64,000 nt of DNA from Planktothrix sp. GU0601_MAG3 (GTDB lineage: Bacteria; Cyanobacteriota; Cyanobacteriia; Cyanobacteriales; Microcoleaceae): NCBI GenBank assembly GCA_035193785.1, contig CP136572.1, forward strand, positions 1,684,578 through 1,748,577, in the 5' to 3' direction. Below, piece by piece: positions 32,207 to 44,956 of the stretch (positions are counted from its first letter, which is position 1; each line of letters starts with the position of its first letter). The notes under the pieces are model-generated. The model saw only the letters and a program-made list of their open reading frames with translations, had not been told where the DNA came from and ran no database searches. Position numbers and translations under genes: made by a program.

Positions 32207-34479
32207 ATGAATATTCAAACCATTGCTAAAAATGACTTCTCCTATGATTGTAGCATCCCCGATTGGTTGCAACAGTGTATGGAGATATCTGGTGATTTGG
32301 TAAAATCCGATACATCTGTTTCAACAAATGGCGATTTGATTGTGCGAGCATTTCAATTTGCTTATCAATTGCATCAGGGACAGTATCGCAAATCAGGAGA
32401 ACCCTATATTAATCATCCCATTGCCGTAGCGGGTTTACTGCGCTATTTAGGAGGGGATTCGGCGATGGTGGCGGCGGGTTTTCTCCATGACATTATTGAA
32501 GATACGGAAGTCACCCCGGAAGAAATAGAACAGCATTTTGGGGCAGAAGTTCGCCATTTAGTCGAAGGCGTCACCAAACTCTCTAAATTTAATTTTTCTA
32601 ATACCACAGAAACGTCAAGCGGAGAACTTCCGACGGATGTTTTTAGCCATGGCGAAAGATATTCGGGTGATCGTGGTTAAACTCGCTGATCGACTCCATA
32701 ATATGCGAACTTTGGATTTTTTACCCGAACATAAACAGCGCAGTATTGCCTTAGAAACCCGAGAAATTTTTGCCCCCCTAGCTAACCGTTTAGGGATCGG
32801 TCGGTTGAAATGGGAATTAGAAGATCTATCCTTCAAATATTTAGAACCCGAAGCGTACAAAAATATTAAGGAATTAGTTTCCGATCGGCGGGCATTTCGA
32901 GAAGAAAAATTAGCCCAACTTGCCCAAGTTTTACGAGAAAGACTCGAGAAAGCTGGAATTAAATGTTATGAAGTCAGTGGACGTCCTAAACATCTGTATG
33001 GCATTTATAAAAAAATGAACCAAAGACAGAAACAGTTCCATGAAATTTATGATATTGCTGCTTTACGGGTTATCGTTGAAACTAATGAAGAATGTTATCG
33101 GACTTTAGCGATTGTCCATGATGCTTTCCGCCCGATTCCAGGTCGTTTTAAAGATTATATTGGATTGCCTAAACCCAATCGCTATCAATCCTTACATACG
33201 GGGGTAATTGGTAATACGGGAAGATCCGTTGAGATCCAAATCCGCACCGTAGAAATGCACCATATTGCTGAATATGGAATTGCCGCCCATTGGAAATATA
33301 AAGAAAAAGGCAATTCTAATATAGGTGAAGTCACCGGAATGGATGATAAATTCACTTGGTTACGGCAATTATTAGAGTGGCAAAGTGATTTAAAAGATGC
33401 CACAGAATACCTAGAAAGTGTTAAAAGTAACTTAGAATTTGATGATGTTTATGTGTTTACTCCAGAGGGAGATGTAATTGCCTTAACTCATGGAGCGACC
33501 CCGGTTGATTTTGCCTATCGGATTCATAGTGAAGTCGGGAATCATTGTAAAGGAGCAAAAGTCAATGATCGAATGGTGACTTTAGATACCCCCCTAAAAA
33601 ATGGCGATATTGTGGAAATATTAACCCAGAAAAATATTCGCCCTAGTTTAGATTGGTTGAATTTTGTTAAAACTAATACGGCTAAAAACCGGATTCGTCA
33701 GTGGTATAAGCGATCGCACCGGGATGAAAATATTGATCGAGGACGGGAATTATTAGAAAAAGAAATGGGAAAAAATGGCTTTGAATCCCTGCTCAAATCT
33801 GAACCCATGCTTTCGGTTTCTAAGCGCTGTAACTATCATAATGTTGATGATTTATTAGCGGCATTAGGTTATGGGGAAATCACCTTAAATTTAGTGGTAA
33901 ATCGTCTGCGGGATGTGGTGAAATCCCAGGGTCAAATTCAAACGGTTCCCCAAGAACTAACTACCACTTCTTTACAGGTTCCTCACCTACCTTCCTATTC
34001 TCAACCTCCGTCTTCTTCCCCTAGTAATTCTCCGATTATGGGAGTTGAAGGATTACTTTATCATATTGCTGGATGTTGTAATCCAATTCCAGGGGAACCG
34101 ATTATTGGGGTTGTTACCCGCACCAAAGGAATCTCTATTCATCAACAGGGGTGTTCTAATACCTTAACAGTGGAGGGAGAGCGGTTCGTTTCCTTTGAGT
34201 TGGAATCCGAACTATCAACAGGGGGGACGTCCTCAAACTTATGGGGTAAATATTTGTATTGAAGTCTTGGATCGCGTGGGGGTTTTGAATGATATTTTAT
34301 CCCGTTTGAAAGATAATAATGTTAACGTTTGTAGCGCCCAAGTTAAGACTTTTCCCGATGCTCCAGCGTTAATTGAGTTGGGAATTGAAATTTGCGATCG
34401 CGAACAATTTGAACGCACTTGCGCCCAAGTCAAAAATATCAGTGATGTATTAACCTTGCGTCGGATTAATAGTAAATAA
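32207..34479 (+). CDS. spoT: Bifunctional (p)ppGpp synthetase/hydrolase RelA/SpoT; apparent frameshifts at 32609 and 34188
   Basis: RKSGEPYINHP, LHDIIED, KLADRLHNMRT, GRPKH, KPNRYQSLHT, TGS and ACT domains. Confidence 0.94.
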
Positions 34480-34590
34480 GTCGAAAATTGATGATTACAG
34501 TCGTTTGGTCGATCCCCCTAAATCCCCCTTAAAAAGGGGGACTTTGAACCCTCCTAGCCCTTGTTAATGAGGGTTAGGGAGGATCGGATT

Positions 34591-36240
34591 TTAAGATACA
34601 GAAACCACCTGTTCAACGCTTTCATTTCCCATTCTATCTACTGCCCGAACCGCATAATTTCCCGGGTTAACACGAACAGAAGTTGTATTTTTATCTACCA
34701 CTTTTACTAACTGCCAACCAGTAGAAAATTGTTGATAAATCGCCCAAGAACGGATATCATTTTCAGCAGAAGGATTCCAAGAAATCATACCAGAATTAGT
34801 TTGAATTCCGTTTGGAGGTTCCGGGGGTTGATTATCCAACCAAGGCATAATCGGAACTAACGCAGGGGTGGGATAAACTGCACTTTTGAAAATTTCATTC
34901 ACTCCATGACGATTATCTCGGAACATCTTCATACTAAAAAAGATATTTCCTAAAGACAATTGGGGGGCTGTTTGTCGGGAAATTGCCACCTGTCTTTGCA
35001 GTTCAGAAATAGACCATTCATTATCAATCCGATAGAGAGCATTTCCTGTATAAACATGAAGTCGTCGAGGGTTATTTTGTAACCACCAATTTAACAGCAC
35101 GGAATAACTTTGTTGAGGGGGATCAATTTTCCAATACAGTTGAGGGGCTAAATAATCCATCCACCCTTGTTCAACCCATAATTTAACATCTGCATATAAA
35201 GAAGCATATTGATCTAATCCAACAATTCCTGGGGCTTTTCCTGGGCGATAAATACCAAAGGGACTAATCCCAAATTTAACATAGGGTTTAATCGTTTTAA
35301 TCCCTTCATGAATGCGTTTAATCATCAGATTAACATTTTGTCGTCGCCAATCTGAAAGCCCTAAATTTCCCCCCGCCGACCGATAGGCGTTATAGGTTTG
35401 ACTATCAGGAAAGGGAATACCATCTTTAGGATAGGGATAGAAATAATCATCTAAATGAACGCCATCAAGATCATAACGTTGTACCACATCCATAATCACA
35501 TTATAGGTTTGATCTTGAACTTCCTTTGCCCCCGGTTCCATCCAGATTAAATCCCCATATTGATAGGCATATTGGGGGAATTTTGATGCAATATGATTCG
35601 GTGCAAAAGCAGCATTTCCTCTTAATCTTGCCCGATAGGGATTAAACCAAGCATGGAGTTCAATATTGCGTTTATGAGCTTCTTCAATGGCAAATTGTAG
35701 CGGATCATAATAGGGATTGGGGGGGGTTCCTTGGGTTCCTGTTAACCATGCACTCCAAGGTTCTATACTGGAACTATACAAGGCATCTCCATTCGGACGA
35801 ACTTGCAGAATTAAGGCATTTAAGTTTAATTCTTGCATCCTATTTAGGATAGCAATTAGTTCAAATTTTTGTTGATCAACTGATAAATTTGATTTAGACG
35901 GCCAATCAATATTGGCGACCGTTGCGACCCAAACTCCCCTAAATTCTCGTTGATGACTAATGGAGTTTGCCGGATTAACAATGCCCTGGGATAATAGATT
36001 TTCCGATTGTTCTTGTCTAACTGTTGGGATATTAACAGAAGTAGAAAGAACGGGAAATTGTGCTAAGGTTAATCCCAAGAAAATACAACAAAAGCCCAAG
36101 GCTAAATATCGTTGAAATTTGGTAATTTTTCCCAGTCTAATTTTTTGAATTTGACTTTGAAGTGAACGAGCTAAAAATTTTAACTTTCTGACTTTCATAG
36201 ACCCAAGGTAATTCTGGTGTTTAATGCGGTTCCAATTCAT
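34591..36240 (-). CDS. Glycoside hydrolase-like 10 (YddW/DUF187) family protein
   Basis: EFRGVWVATVANIDWPS, ELHAWFNPYR, DGVHLDDYFYPY, DYLAPQLYW; start codon uncertain. Confidence 0.88.
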   Translation of the reverse strand: MNWNRIKHQNYLGSMKVRKLKFLARSLQSQIQKIRLGKITKFQRYLALGFCCIFLGLTLAQFPVLSTSVNIPTVRQEQSENLLSQGIVNPANSISHQREFRGVWVATVANIDWPSKSNLSVDQQKFELIAILNRMQELNLNALILQVRPNGDALYSSSIEPWSAWLTGTQGTPPNPYYDPLQFAIEEAHKRNIELHAWFNPYRARLRGNAAFAPNHIASKFPQYAYQYGDLIWMEPGAKEVQDQTYNVIMDVVQRYDLDGVHLDDYFYPYPKDGIPFPDSQTYNAYRSAGGNLGLSDWRRQNVNLMIKRIHEGIKTIKPYVKFGISPFGIYRPGKAPGIVGLDQYASLYADVKLWVEQGWMDYLAPQLYWKIDPPQQSYSVLLNWWLQNNPRRLHVYTGNALYRIDNEWSISELQRQVAISRQTAPQLSLGNIFFSMKMFRDNRHGVNEIFKSAVYPTPALVPIMPWLDNQPPEPPNGIQTNSGMISWNPSAENDIRSWAIYQQFSTGWQLVKVVDKNTTSVRVNPGNYAVRAVDRMGNESVEQVVSVS

Positions 36241-36439
36241 GTTTTTTGTTGAAGCAGATAACTAACATCAGTCATCGGTGTAGAGACGTGCCACGGCGCG
36301 TCTATTTAATAGCTTAACTAAGAAGGGGACATCTTACAAGTCAATAATCTCAATAGGAAAAAAATTAATATCTTCCCTGAGTCAATTATGCCCAATTTTA
36401 GGTACAATATCCGAGTACAACTTAATCAAGGAAAAAAGA

Positions 36440-37312
36440 ATGACTCAGGTTAAAATTGGTATTATTGGGGGCAGTGGGTTGTATAAGATGGAGGCATTTA
36501 CCGATGTAGAGGAACTCCATATTGATACTCCCTTTGGTCAACCTTCCGATGCTATTTTAGTGGGAACATTAGAAGGAATGCGCGTGGCATTTCTAGCCAG
36601 ACATGGACGCACCCATAGATTTTTACCTACAGAATTACCCTATCGGGCTAATATTTATGCCCTCAAAAGTTTAGGAGTAGAATATATTATTTCCGCTTCG
36701 GCTGTGGGTTCACTAAAAGAAGAATTTAAACCCTTAGATTTAGTGGTTCCCGATCAATTTATTGATCGAACTAATCAACGGGTTTCTACTTTTTTTGGTA
36801 ATGGTGTGGTGGCTCATATTACCTTTGGTGATCCGTTTTGCCCCCAATTATCAAAAGTATTAGGAGAAGCGATCGCCAGTTTCGATTTCCCCGATATTGA
36901 TTATCATTTATCGGGAACTTATGTCTGTATGGAGGGGCCAGCTTTTTCTACCAAAGCCGAATCTAATTTATATCGCAGTTGGGGCGGAACAATTATTGGG
37001 ATGACAAATTTAACCGAAGCCAAATTAGCCCGAGAAGCGGAAATTGCCTATACAACCTTAGCCCTAGTTACCGATTATGATTGTTGGCATCCTGATCATG
37101 ATCATGTCACCGTAGAAATGGTTATTCAAAACCTCCATAAGAATGCGGTTAATGCTCAACAAGTCATTCAAGAAACCGTGCGCCGTTTAAAATATCATTT
37201 ACCGAAATCCGAAGCCCATTCTGCTTTGAAATACGCGGTGTTAACCCCCCTAAATAAAATTCCTTCAGAACGCATACAACAATTAGAATTATTGTTGAAA
37301 AAATATATCTAA
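36440..37312 (+). CDS. mtnP: S-methyl-5'-thioadenosine phosphorylase
   Basis: [48 protein letters not shown]. Confidence 0.95.
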   Translation: MTQVKIGIIGGSGLYKMEAFTDVEELHIDTPFGQPSDAILVGTLEGMRVAFLARHGRTHRFLPTELPYRANIYALKSLGVEYIISASAVGSLKEEFKPLDLVVPDQFIDRTNQRVSTFFGNGVVAHITFGDPFCPQLSKVLGEAIASFDFPDIDYHLSGTYVCMEGPAFSTKAESNLYRSWGGTIIGMTNLTEAKLAREAEIAYTTLALVTDYDCWHPDHDHVTVEMVIQNLHKNAVNAQQVIQETVRRLKYHLPKSEAHSALKYAVLTPLNKIPSERIQQLELLLKKYI

Positions 37313-37445
37313 ACCGAGGGTGGCATCAGCCACCTAAAGTGGGAGTTTCAGCCATTGGCTCCTTTTACTATCTTGATGTGATGGTCACTGTTGAAGGTTC
37401 AGCAGATGATTGATATAATCAGATAAATTAACTCCTATTACCCGC

Positions 37446-38201
37446 ATGATCATGTTAGCCACCTCCCACACCTACAATATTACTTGGGAAAAGTTGCCAG
37501 ATGATTTTGTGCTACCCGATGACCCTGTGGATAATATTAATCAACCTGCCCTCGCCGCCGCCCTGACCGAAAGTTTGCAACTGGCCGGAAAACTCCCAGA
37601 AACAGCCCTCACCCCCACAAACTATGGTATTTGTGCCACCATCAATGGCAAAATTGCCGTTAAAGCCCCAGATTGGGCCTACATTCCCCAAATTAACGTT
37701 AGTCGAGGGGAAGTGGTTCGCAGTTATACCCCGCAACTACAGGGGGAAATTCCGGCGCTGGTGCTGGAGTTTTTATCCGATAGCGATGGCGGAGAATATT
37801 CCGTCAAAGAAACCTATCCCCCCGGGAAATTCTGCTTCTATGAACAGATATTACAAGTGCCTAATTATGGTATTTTCGAGCCGGAGTCAGGTAGTTTAGA
37901 ATTGTATCGTTTCCATGATACCCAAAGGTATAGACTGGAATCGGCAAATGAGCAGGGCTGGTTTTGGATACCGGAAATGCAGCTTTTTCTGGGAGTCTGG
38001 CAGGGAACTCGCGAAAACCGTCAGGGCTATTGGTTGCGCTGGTGGGATGAACAGGGGAATTTGCTATTGTGGGGTACAGAAAAGGTTGAGCAGGAACGTC
38101 AACGGGCCGACCAGGAACGCCGACGGGCCGACCAAGAACGCCAACGGACTGAAAGATTAGTTGCCCAACTACGCGCTGCGGGAATTGAGCCTTTAGAATA
38201 G
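37446..38201 (+). CDS. Uma2-family (DUF820) PD-(D/E)xK endonuclease-like protein
   Basis: KAPDWAY, LVLEFLS, YEQILQVPNY, QERQRA tail. Confidence 0.88.
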   Translation: MIMLATSHTYNITWEKLPDDFVLPDDPVDNINQPALAAALTESLQLAGKLPETALTPTNYGICATINGKIAVKAPDWAYIPQINVSRGEVVRSYTPQLQGEIPALVLEFLSDSDGGEYSVKETYPPGKFCFYEQILQVPNYGIFEPESGSLELYRFHDTQRYRLESANEQGWFWIPEMQLFLGVWQGTRENRQGYWLRWWDEQGNLLLWGTEKVEQERQRADQERRRADQERQRTERLVAQLRAAGIEPLE

Positions 38202-38300
38202 GGCAAAGCATAAACTGTTAACTGCTACTCCCAGAAGGTTTTATGATTAAGACAGGTAAATCAAAATAGTGCTTGAACACCTCAAGAGGATAAAGGGCCG

Positions 38301-40042
38301 ATGCTCTATTTAGCGGAAGTACAAAAGCAGAGTAACAAATTTGGTCTGGGTGGCGGGAGGACAGAAACTCAAGCTATTGGCTTGTCAGCGAGGTGAAAAC
38401 AATTGGAGTGCCGTATCAGGGGATGAGGTCGTCCTGGCTGAAGACGCCAATAACTTCAAGGATGGAACTTTAGTTTTAGTCGATTTGAATACGGGTAAAC
38501 AGGTACAGCGCATTCAAGAGGCCGCACGCCAACTGGTGGGGATTCTCCAAGATTTTTCTCGTTTGCAAGAAAAATTCAAAACCCAACAGGAAGAAATCGA
38601 ACAGTGGAAAGAGTCCTTGACTTACCAAAGTCAGGAATTGAATCGTCGGGAAATGGAAATGGAAGCCCGACGGGAACAAATGGAACAACTGGAGGAGGAA
38701 TTAGAGCGACTTGAACAGCAGCGTCAAGAAATTGATCGCTCTCGGGATGACAGTAACCGTCTACGTTCTGAAATTGATCAAGCTCGTCAAGATATTGAAA
38801 CCACTCGGGCTGCATTACAACAGCAACGACAACAGCTTGAAGAACAACAGGCCACCTTAAAGTCGTCTCCCTCCCTAAATACGGAACAGTCAGAACTTCT
38901 CGGGAATTTACTGAATCAACTGTCTAACCCCATTTCGATTTCACCCCTACAAACACAACTGGATCGCTCCCGGGAACAGGTGGCCAGTGCTCTGAATGGG
39001 CTAGAACAACATCGCCAACGGTTACAGGAACAACGTTTAGAAGCGGAACAACTTCAACAAACCGTAGACAGTAAGACTACAGAGATTGAACAGCAATGGC
39101 GGCAATGGCAACAAGCTCAGGACACTTTAACCCAAAACCGGGCGGAGTTAGTCGGTGAACAACAGTTACTTCAGACCAAACAGAACTATGCCCAAATCTT
39201 AAAAACCCTGATTACAAACCGTCAAACCCTATTAGAACAGTTACAGAATTTGGCCTCCCGTCAATCTGAAAGCGATCCGGTTGCCGTTAGTGTCAAGGTA
39301 GATGTCCAAGCCTTAGAAGCGATGTCCTTGGAACAATTAGAAACCGAAGTCAAACAACTGGAAAAAGAGTGGGATCGCTGGTTTCGGATGGTTGGAGAAC
39401 AGGAGGAGGAACTCAAATACAAGCTCGAAGATATTCAGGTAATCCAAGAAAAAATCAAAACCGTTAGTGATTCCGAACGGGAAAATTTACAAACGGAATT
39501 AACCGATGAACAAGACGCCTATCAAATGCTGAATGAGACCTTAGTGGGTCAGCGACGTACCCTCAAAGAACGGGAGGAACATAAAACCCAATATCAAGCG
39601 GTTTTACTCCGTCGCCAAGGTCTGCCACCCGTAACCCATGGAGGGGCCGTTGATTTGAAATTGGTGATTGCCAGTTTGGAAACCCAACAACAGGAACAAA
39701 AACAGGAACTCCAAACTTTGGAAACCGAAATTCAACAACTGAGTTCGAGTTTTGAACAACGGCAAAACGATCTCAATAGTCGCACCAACAACACCGAACA
39801 AACCCGCCAACAGTTAGAGACAACCGAACAAAGTTGGATGGAAACAGCAACGAATGGTGGCAGAACTTTGGGGCCGAATCAGTCTATATCAGGAAATGCT
39901 ACAACCGGTTCAAGACTCCTGGCATCAGGTGCAGCAACAGTTGGAACAAACAACAACTGAATTAAATCAGTTGCTCAAAATCTCCCAGAATCAAGCCCAG
40001 ACAACGGAAAAGTTACGGCAAGTTTTATCAGTGATCAGTTAA
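38301..40042 (+). CDS. hmpF: Pilus motility taxis protein HmpF (coiled coil); apparent frameshifts at 38364 and 39841
   Basis: MLYLAEVQKQ..(T)ELKLLACQR, EEIEQWKESLTYQSQELNRRE, LNETLVGQRR. Confidence 0.85.
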
Positions 40043-40049
40043 CAGTGGG

Positions 40050-40645
40050 GTGAACTACCTACACCGCCCTAATCGGGTCGGTGCAGGCTTCCGACTTCAC
40101 AGACCGATGCCCCTTACTTTTACAAGCAGGTAGACTTACACAGCCTCCATCGGCAAAGACGGGGTTCCCTCCGCCTTCAGTTAATATCCTGATTCCTTCA
40201 TTCGGAGATGTTAAGTGCAGCGTTAATATCTCGGTCATGGTGAGCATGACAATTAGGACAGTCCCATTCTCTGATATCCAGAGATAATTCATCTAGGATA
40301 TGACCACAACAGGAACAAGTTTTGGAGCTAGGGAAAAAGCGATCAATTTCTACAAGTTCACCACTTTTTTGCTTTAACTTGTAATCAATAAAATTGACAA
40401 ATTTTCCCCAACTCACATCAGATATTGCTTTTGATAGCTTCCGGTTTTTAACCATCCCCTTGACATTGAGGTTTTCAACGACAATCACTTGGTTTTCGTT
40501 TACCAATTTTCTTGATAATTTATGCAAGAAATCTTGGCGGGAATTGGTGATTTTCTCATGAACCTTAGCTACAGTTTTTCTAAATTTCTCTCTCGATTTA
40601 CTACCTTTAGTTTTTCGAGAGAGTTTTTTCTGTTTTTGGGCTAAA
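40050..40645 (-). mobile_element. 5'-truncated second copy of the IS200/IS605 element (3' half of tnpB plus right end)
   Basis: Near-identical to about 13646-14243 in reverse orientation. Confidence 0.92.
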
Positions 40646-40697
40646 AACTGATCACCAGTACAGACGCGCCATGGCACGTCTCTACACTGATGACTGA

Positions 40698-41460
40698 TTA
40701 TTCTTCCTCAAAGCCTGATTCTTCTGTTAAATCTAAGGTTTGATTGTGGATTTCCGGGTCAATGGGGATACAGATAAAGTTATCGTCCTGAGTGTAAATC
40801 AGTTTTTGTTGGCGGAGTTTCCCCATCAGCCGGGTTACCGTAACCCGTGTAGTCCCGATGGCACTGCCAATTTGAGAGTGAGTCAATGACCAAGGGAGAC
40901 GGTAACCCTTGAACCCATCTTCTCCATCGCCACTGGTATAATACTCGCCGTATTCCTCAATCAGTAAGGTCAAAAATCCCAGAAGTCGGTCAATGGTACG
41001 TCGTTGGCCTAATGTACTTAACCACAGTAATTTCCGTTGATGTTGATACCGAAAGGCATCAAGGACTTCCCGACGGAAATGGGGCCAATTATCCAAGTCA
41101 TGCCAATACATCCATAAAACCGTTGTATCATCGGCATGGCTATAGGCTTGCAGGCTAAAAGGCGACTGGGCAATCAATTCAAAGGGTTGACCCGCACCCA
41201 CAAAACCCAAAAAGGCTTCGTCCAAATTGCGATTACGCGGTCTGGATTTGGGTCTACTCTCGGCATATTGCAATTCAGCGCTACCTACTAACCGGACGGC
41301 CCCCCGTTGCACTAAATATAGCAACCCAGGACGGGCTGGAATCCGCTCATCTTTGGCAAAACTACGACAACGGTAGTGTTTCCTGGGCCCAGTCGGTAAT
41401 CCGTTGCCAGGTTAAAAACGGTCGGTTGGAATCGGTCGGAATCGGGGGAGACTGCATCAT
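40698..41460 (-). CDS. devH: Crp/Fnr-family regulator, DevH-like; apparent frameshift at 41378
   Basis: RPFLTWQRITDWAQEHYRCR, LYLVQRGAVR, HTH LTHSQIGSAIGTTRVTVTRL. Confidence 0.8.
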
Positions 41461-41738
41461 TAGATAGGGTAATTAAAAATTTTCAATCAAAATCAAAATC
41501 AAAGGCAGGAGGGATGTTAAGACACCTAGGGATTAAAGGGTGTATTTGATGCTTGAGGTAAGATGCTCGAGGTAAATGGGTTTAAGATATTTTAACTAAT
41601 GTAGCAAACAACACATACCTTTGGGAATCGATAATCGATTTTTTTCAAAAATAAATTTCAAAAAATTTTGGCGGTGCCCTAACCTGATCTGCTGATAATA
41701 TCAGATTTGAGCAACTTGGCAAGGTCGTTTGATCACTC

Positions 41739-42563
41739 ATGCTAACTCTGGTAGGTAGATTAAGAGCACAACTGGGGCAAACCTTGGATTGTTTAGGAAT
41801 TGATACGGCTGACTCTCAGGAAATTCCCGTAAATTGGATTAAAAATCAAACTGGGTTAATCTATGGATCGGCGATCGCCCTGAAATTAGCCCCCCGTTTG
41901 AATCAATCCCCTCTGGATCTGGCCACGTCCATCGGTCTGAAGTTCCCAACCCTCAACCCAGAATTAGGTAAATTTCCACTGGATGTCACAATTCAGGTAT
42001 TACCTTCGGGGATGTTGCAGTTTGAGTTCACGGACGCCGGAATTGCGGCTTGGTTAGAACAAATGATCCGCCATCCCTGGACACCCACTGCGATTCAGGA
42101 TCGGCAAATTCTGCCCGATCTATTTGGGATTCAATATAGTCATGCTCGCTGTTGTTCCTTATTGCGTTTAGGCGATCGCGATCAGTTAATTACCTTAGAA
42201 GCATCTAATTTAATTGCCACATTACCCTTAAAAATTAAGCCAAATTCCCCCCCGATTCCCTGGTTAAATCCCCAGGGAAAACTGCAATTTTCCCAAATTT
42301 ATGAATATCAACTGCTGACCCAATCTGGGAACCTTGTTGATCTTCTATTCTGTGCTGCTAGTCCTCAAAATTGGCTAAAAATTGCCGATCAATTTAGCCA
42401 AAGTTTTCAACAATTTTATCGTTATTGTCAAATCTGGGGAGAAGTCAAACAAAGCCAACCTGAGTTAGCTCAAGCTAGACTAGGTTTGGTTTTTATTACT
42501 CAATTTCTCCTCAAAATTTTATTAGAAGAAAAACTAGGAATAATGCCTCCCCTAGACCTGTAG
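41739..42563 (+). CDS. DALR anticodon-binding-domain protein (ArgRS-like fragment)
   Basis: IQYSHARCCSLLR, FYRYCQIW, ARLGLV. Confidence 0.8.
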   Translation: MLTLVGRLRAQLGQTLDCLGIDTADSQEIPVNWIKNQTGLIYGSAIALKLAPRLNQSPLDLATSIGLKFPTLNPELGKFPLDVTIQVLPSGMLQFEFTDAGIAAWLEQMIRHPWTPTAIQDRQILPDLFGIQYSHARCCSLLRLGDRDQLITLEASNLIATLPLKIKPNSPPIPWLNPQGKLQFSQIYEYQLLTQSGNLVDLLFCAASPQNWLKIADQFSQSFQQFYRYCQIWGEVKQSQPELAQARLGLVFITQFLLKILLEEKLGIMPPLDL

Positions 42564-42581
42564 TAAGCCCTTTATGGCTAA

Positions 42582-42980
42582 CTAATCCACTAAAAAATCC
42601 GTCAGAACTTCATCCGGTTCATCCTGATCATTATCATCGGTTAAAAGTTGGGAAAAAGTAGAACTAGGGGAAATAGAAAGTTCAGGGATAACTATTTTTT
42701 CCAGGGCGAATATTTTAGCTTCTAGTTTAGAAACTTGATTTAATAATGGTTTTAAAGATTCAACTTTTTCCTGTAAATTCAATAATTCTTTTTGGAGATT
42801 AAAATATTCCAAATCGACCGACTGACTACTCAAAAACGCTCTGGTTTTATCTAAATACTGACCAATTGCTTCTTGAATTAATTCTTCTAAGGAATGTCCA
42901 GTTTCTAGGGATAATTGATTAAGTTGTTCAGCCCATTCTGGAGAAACAGTTGTTTCTATTTTTATATTATCTAAGCTCAT
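42582..42980 (-). CDS. Hypothetical protein (RHH-like N-terminus, coiled coil, acidic tail)
   Basis: ELIQEAIGQYL; DEPDEVLTDFL tail. Confidence 0.65.
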   Translation of the reverse strand: MSLDNIKIETTVSPEWAEQLNQLSLETGHSLEELIQEAIGQYLDKTRAFLSSQSVDLEYFNLQKELLNLQEKVESLKPLLNQVSKLEAKIFALEKIVIPELSISPSSTFSQLLTDDNDQDEPDEVLTDFLVD

Positions 42981-43152
42981 GAATATTCGGGTTTTACAAG
43001 GAAAGGTCGGTCAAGTTTGGAGAAATTTAGGGGAATTTGCTCTAGGATAAAAACACCCATATCGGGGGAATAGGAAAAGGGGAAATAGACAATCGGAAAG
43101 TATTTTATGGCCTATTGTCCATTCCCCATTAACCACAGAAAATAATTGACCG

Positions 43153-43335
43153 TTAATTCTGATCGGAATCAGGAAAAGTCCGCTTAAATTCTTCGATTAA
43201 TTCGTCAATTTCTTCCAATGCTTGATTGACGTCTATCCTAAGAGTTCCTAAATTGGGTTTTTCCAGTAGCTTAACGAGGGATTCTCGTTTACCTTCAATT
43301 AAAGCCACTCTTTCTCTAATAGTATTGGCATCCAT
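43153..43335 (-). CDS. Small conserved hypothetical protein
   Basis: 60 aa with RBS; PNLGTLRIDVNQALEEID. Confidence 0.7.
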   Translation of the reverse strand: MDANTIRERVALIEGKRESLVKLLEKPNLGTLRIDVNQALEEIDELIEEFKRTFPDSDQN

Positions 43336-43527
43336 GTTTTTTTCCTCTTTGAGTAAATCAGTTATTAATTTAACATCCCACCGTTAACCGTTACAATATT
43401 AGATAACGGAGGATTTTAAGTTAGAAAAAACCCTAGTCGGTCAGGAGAATTTCTCCCACTCTGGGTTATAAATTTATTATACCCTATGGAGATGATAAAA
43501 TTAAATACAGCACCAGAAAAAAGTAGC

Positions 43528-44716
43528 CTATTTAAGTTCTTTGAGACTATCTAACACCTCTTGATAGGCTGCTTTTCGACCTAATTTATTATAGAGTTCT
43601 GCTGCTTTTTGAAAATCCGATCTAGCATTGACTTTATCCTTCAATTTTAGATAAGCCAAAGCTCGATTATAATAGGCATCAGCAAAACCGGGATTTAAAC
43701 GAATGGCTTCGGTATAATCCTCAATTGGATTAGGGGCACGGGTGGGTTCACCAATATTAGTGGCTAAAAGAGTCCGGGCAATCCCCCGATTAAAATAGGC
43801 TTCCGGGGTGTTAGGATTTAATTCTATGGCTCGATTAAAAGCATCAATTGAATCCCAAATTTCTCCTTGATCTAATAAAGTTAATCCTTGAAAATAAAAT
43901 GCCTGATAGGTTTGGGGAAAATCCAAGGAAACCGGGTTAGCTTCCGGTAGTTTTTCATCAATGACTAAATCCGATGATTTTAAACCCGTTTCTAATAATT
44001 TTACGATAAATAAATTAATGGGAATAGCCGCATTAAATCCCGTTTTAATCGGAGCCACATCACCGGAACTGGTTTGGGCAAAGCCAAATTCCCCCTGTCC
44101 ATGTAACCCCACTACCCGGCCTTCAGAATCGAAAACCGGCCCCCCACTCATGCCACTCCAAGTCACCGCTTGATAGCGTAAATTATAGCCTTCTGGACGA
44201 TTTTTGGGGCGACTGGTAACCAATCCTGGGGATAATTCCGGTTCCCTTTCCACTCCAGTTAATCCCCCGGTTGCCGGATATCCATAAACATAAATCTGAG
44301 CGCCAATAACCGCTTGTTCAGAATTACCTAATGTAGCAATTGGGTAGTTTTGAGAACTTTCAAATTGAATAATAGCTAAATCCGGTTCTTGATCATCATT
44401 TTGTAGCCGAACAATTTTCATCTGCGGATGACTATTTCCATCGGAGGTTCGCACACTATATTTAACATTCGGATCTTCTACAACATGATTCACCGTCAAA
44501 ACCGTATAAACCCCGTTATTTTTAGCAATAATTACCCCAGACCCATCCCCCAAGGGACTGTTAATTTGTACGGTAATGGGTTTCGGCGATTGCTGCCACC
44601 TGTTGCGCCGTTTTTGCCAGGACAATTGTAGATTGACTCACAACCATTGTGACAACCGTTGCTGTTCCCGTTAGCAGATAAAGCAGGGAATCAGATGAAA
44701 ACGATCCTAAACCCAT
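43528..44716 (-). CDS. Trypsin-like serine protease with C-terminal TPRs; apparent frameshift at 44580
   Basis: GSGVII, LTVNHVV, DLAII, GMSGGPV; TPR AYFNRG/AYYNRA; signal-like N-terminus joins after correction. Confidence 0.88.
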
Positions 44717-44956
44717 AATTTAACTCCTAGATATAAATTCCCTTGATTTGCCATCACCCGTTACCCTTTAAAAACTAGGACAAAATTTACAATAGGACGA
44801 TTTGATCAATAGACGCAAATTCACTGAATTTTGTTCATTATTTTTCTGACTTCCATCTGAAGTTAATCCCAATTAGACGAGCTTGCGAGTCGGGAAAAGA
44901 TTACCTCAAAGGCAAAATCTGTCTCAAAAGTGGAATTAATCAACAGAAATTTGGTA

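Noticed and set aside
44760..44940. c-di-GMP-I riboswitch suggested by GGCAAA/GACGCAAA-like words
   Set aside because: The words are in the wrong order and spacing, and I could not build the paired stems
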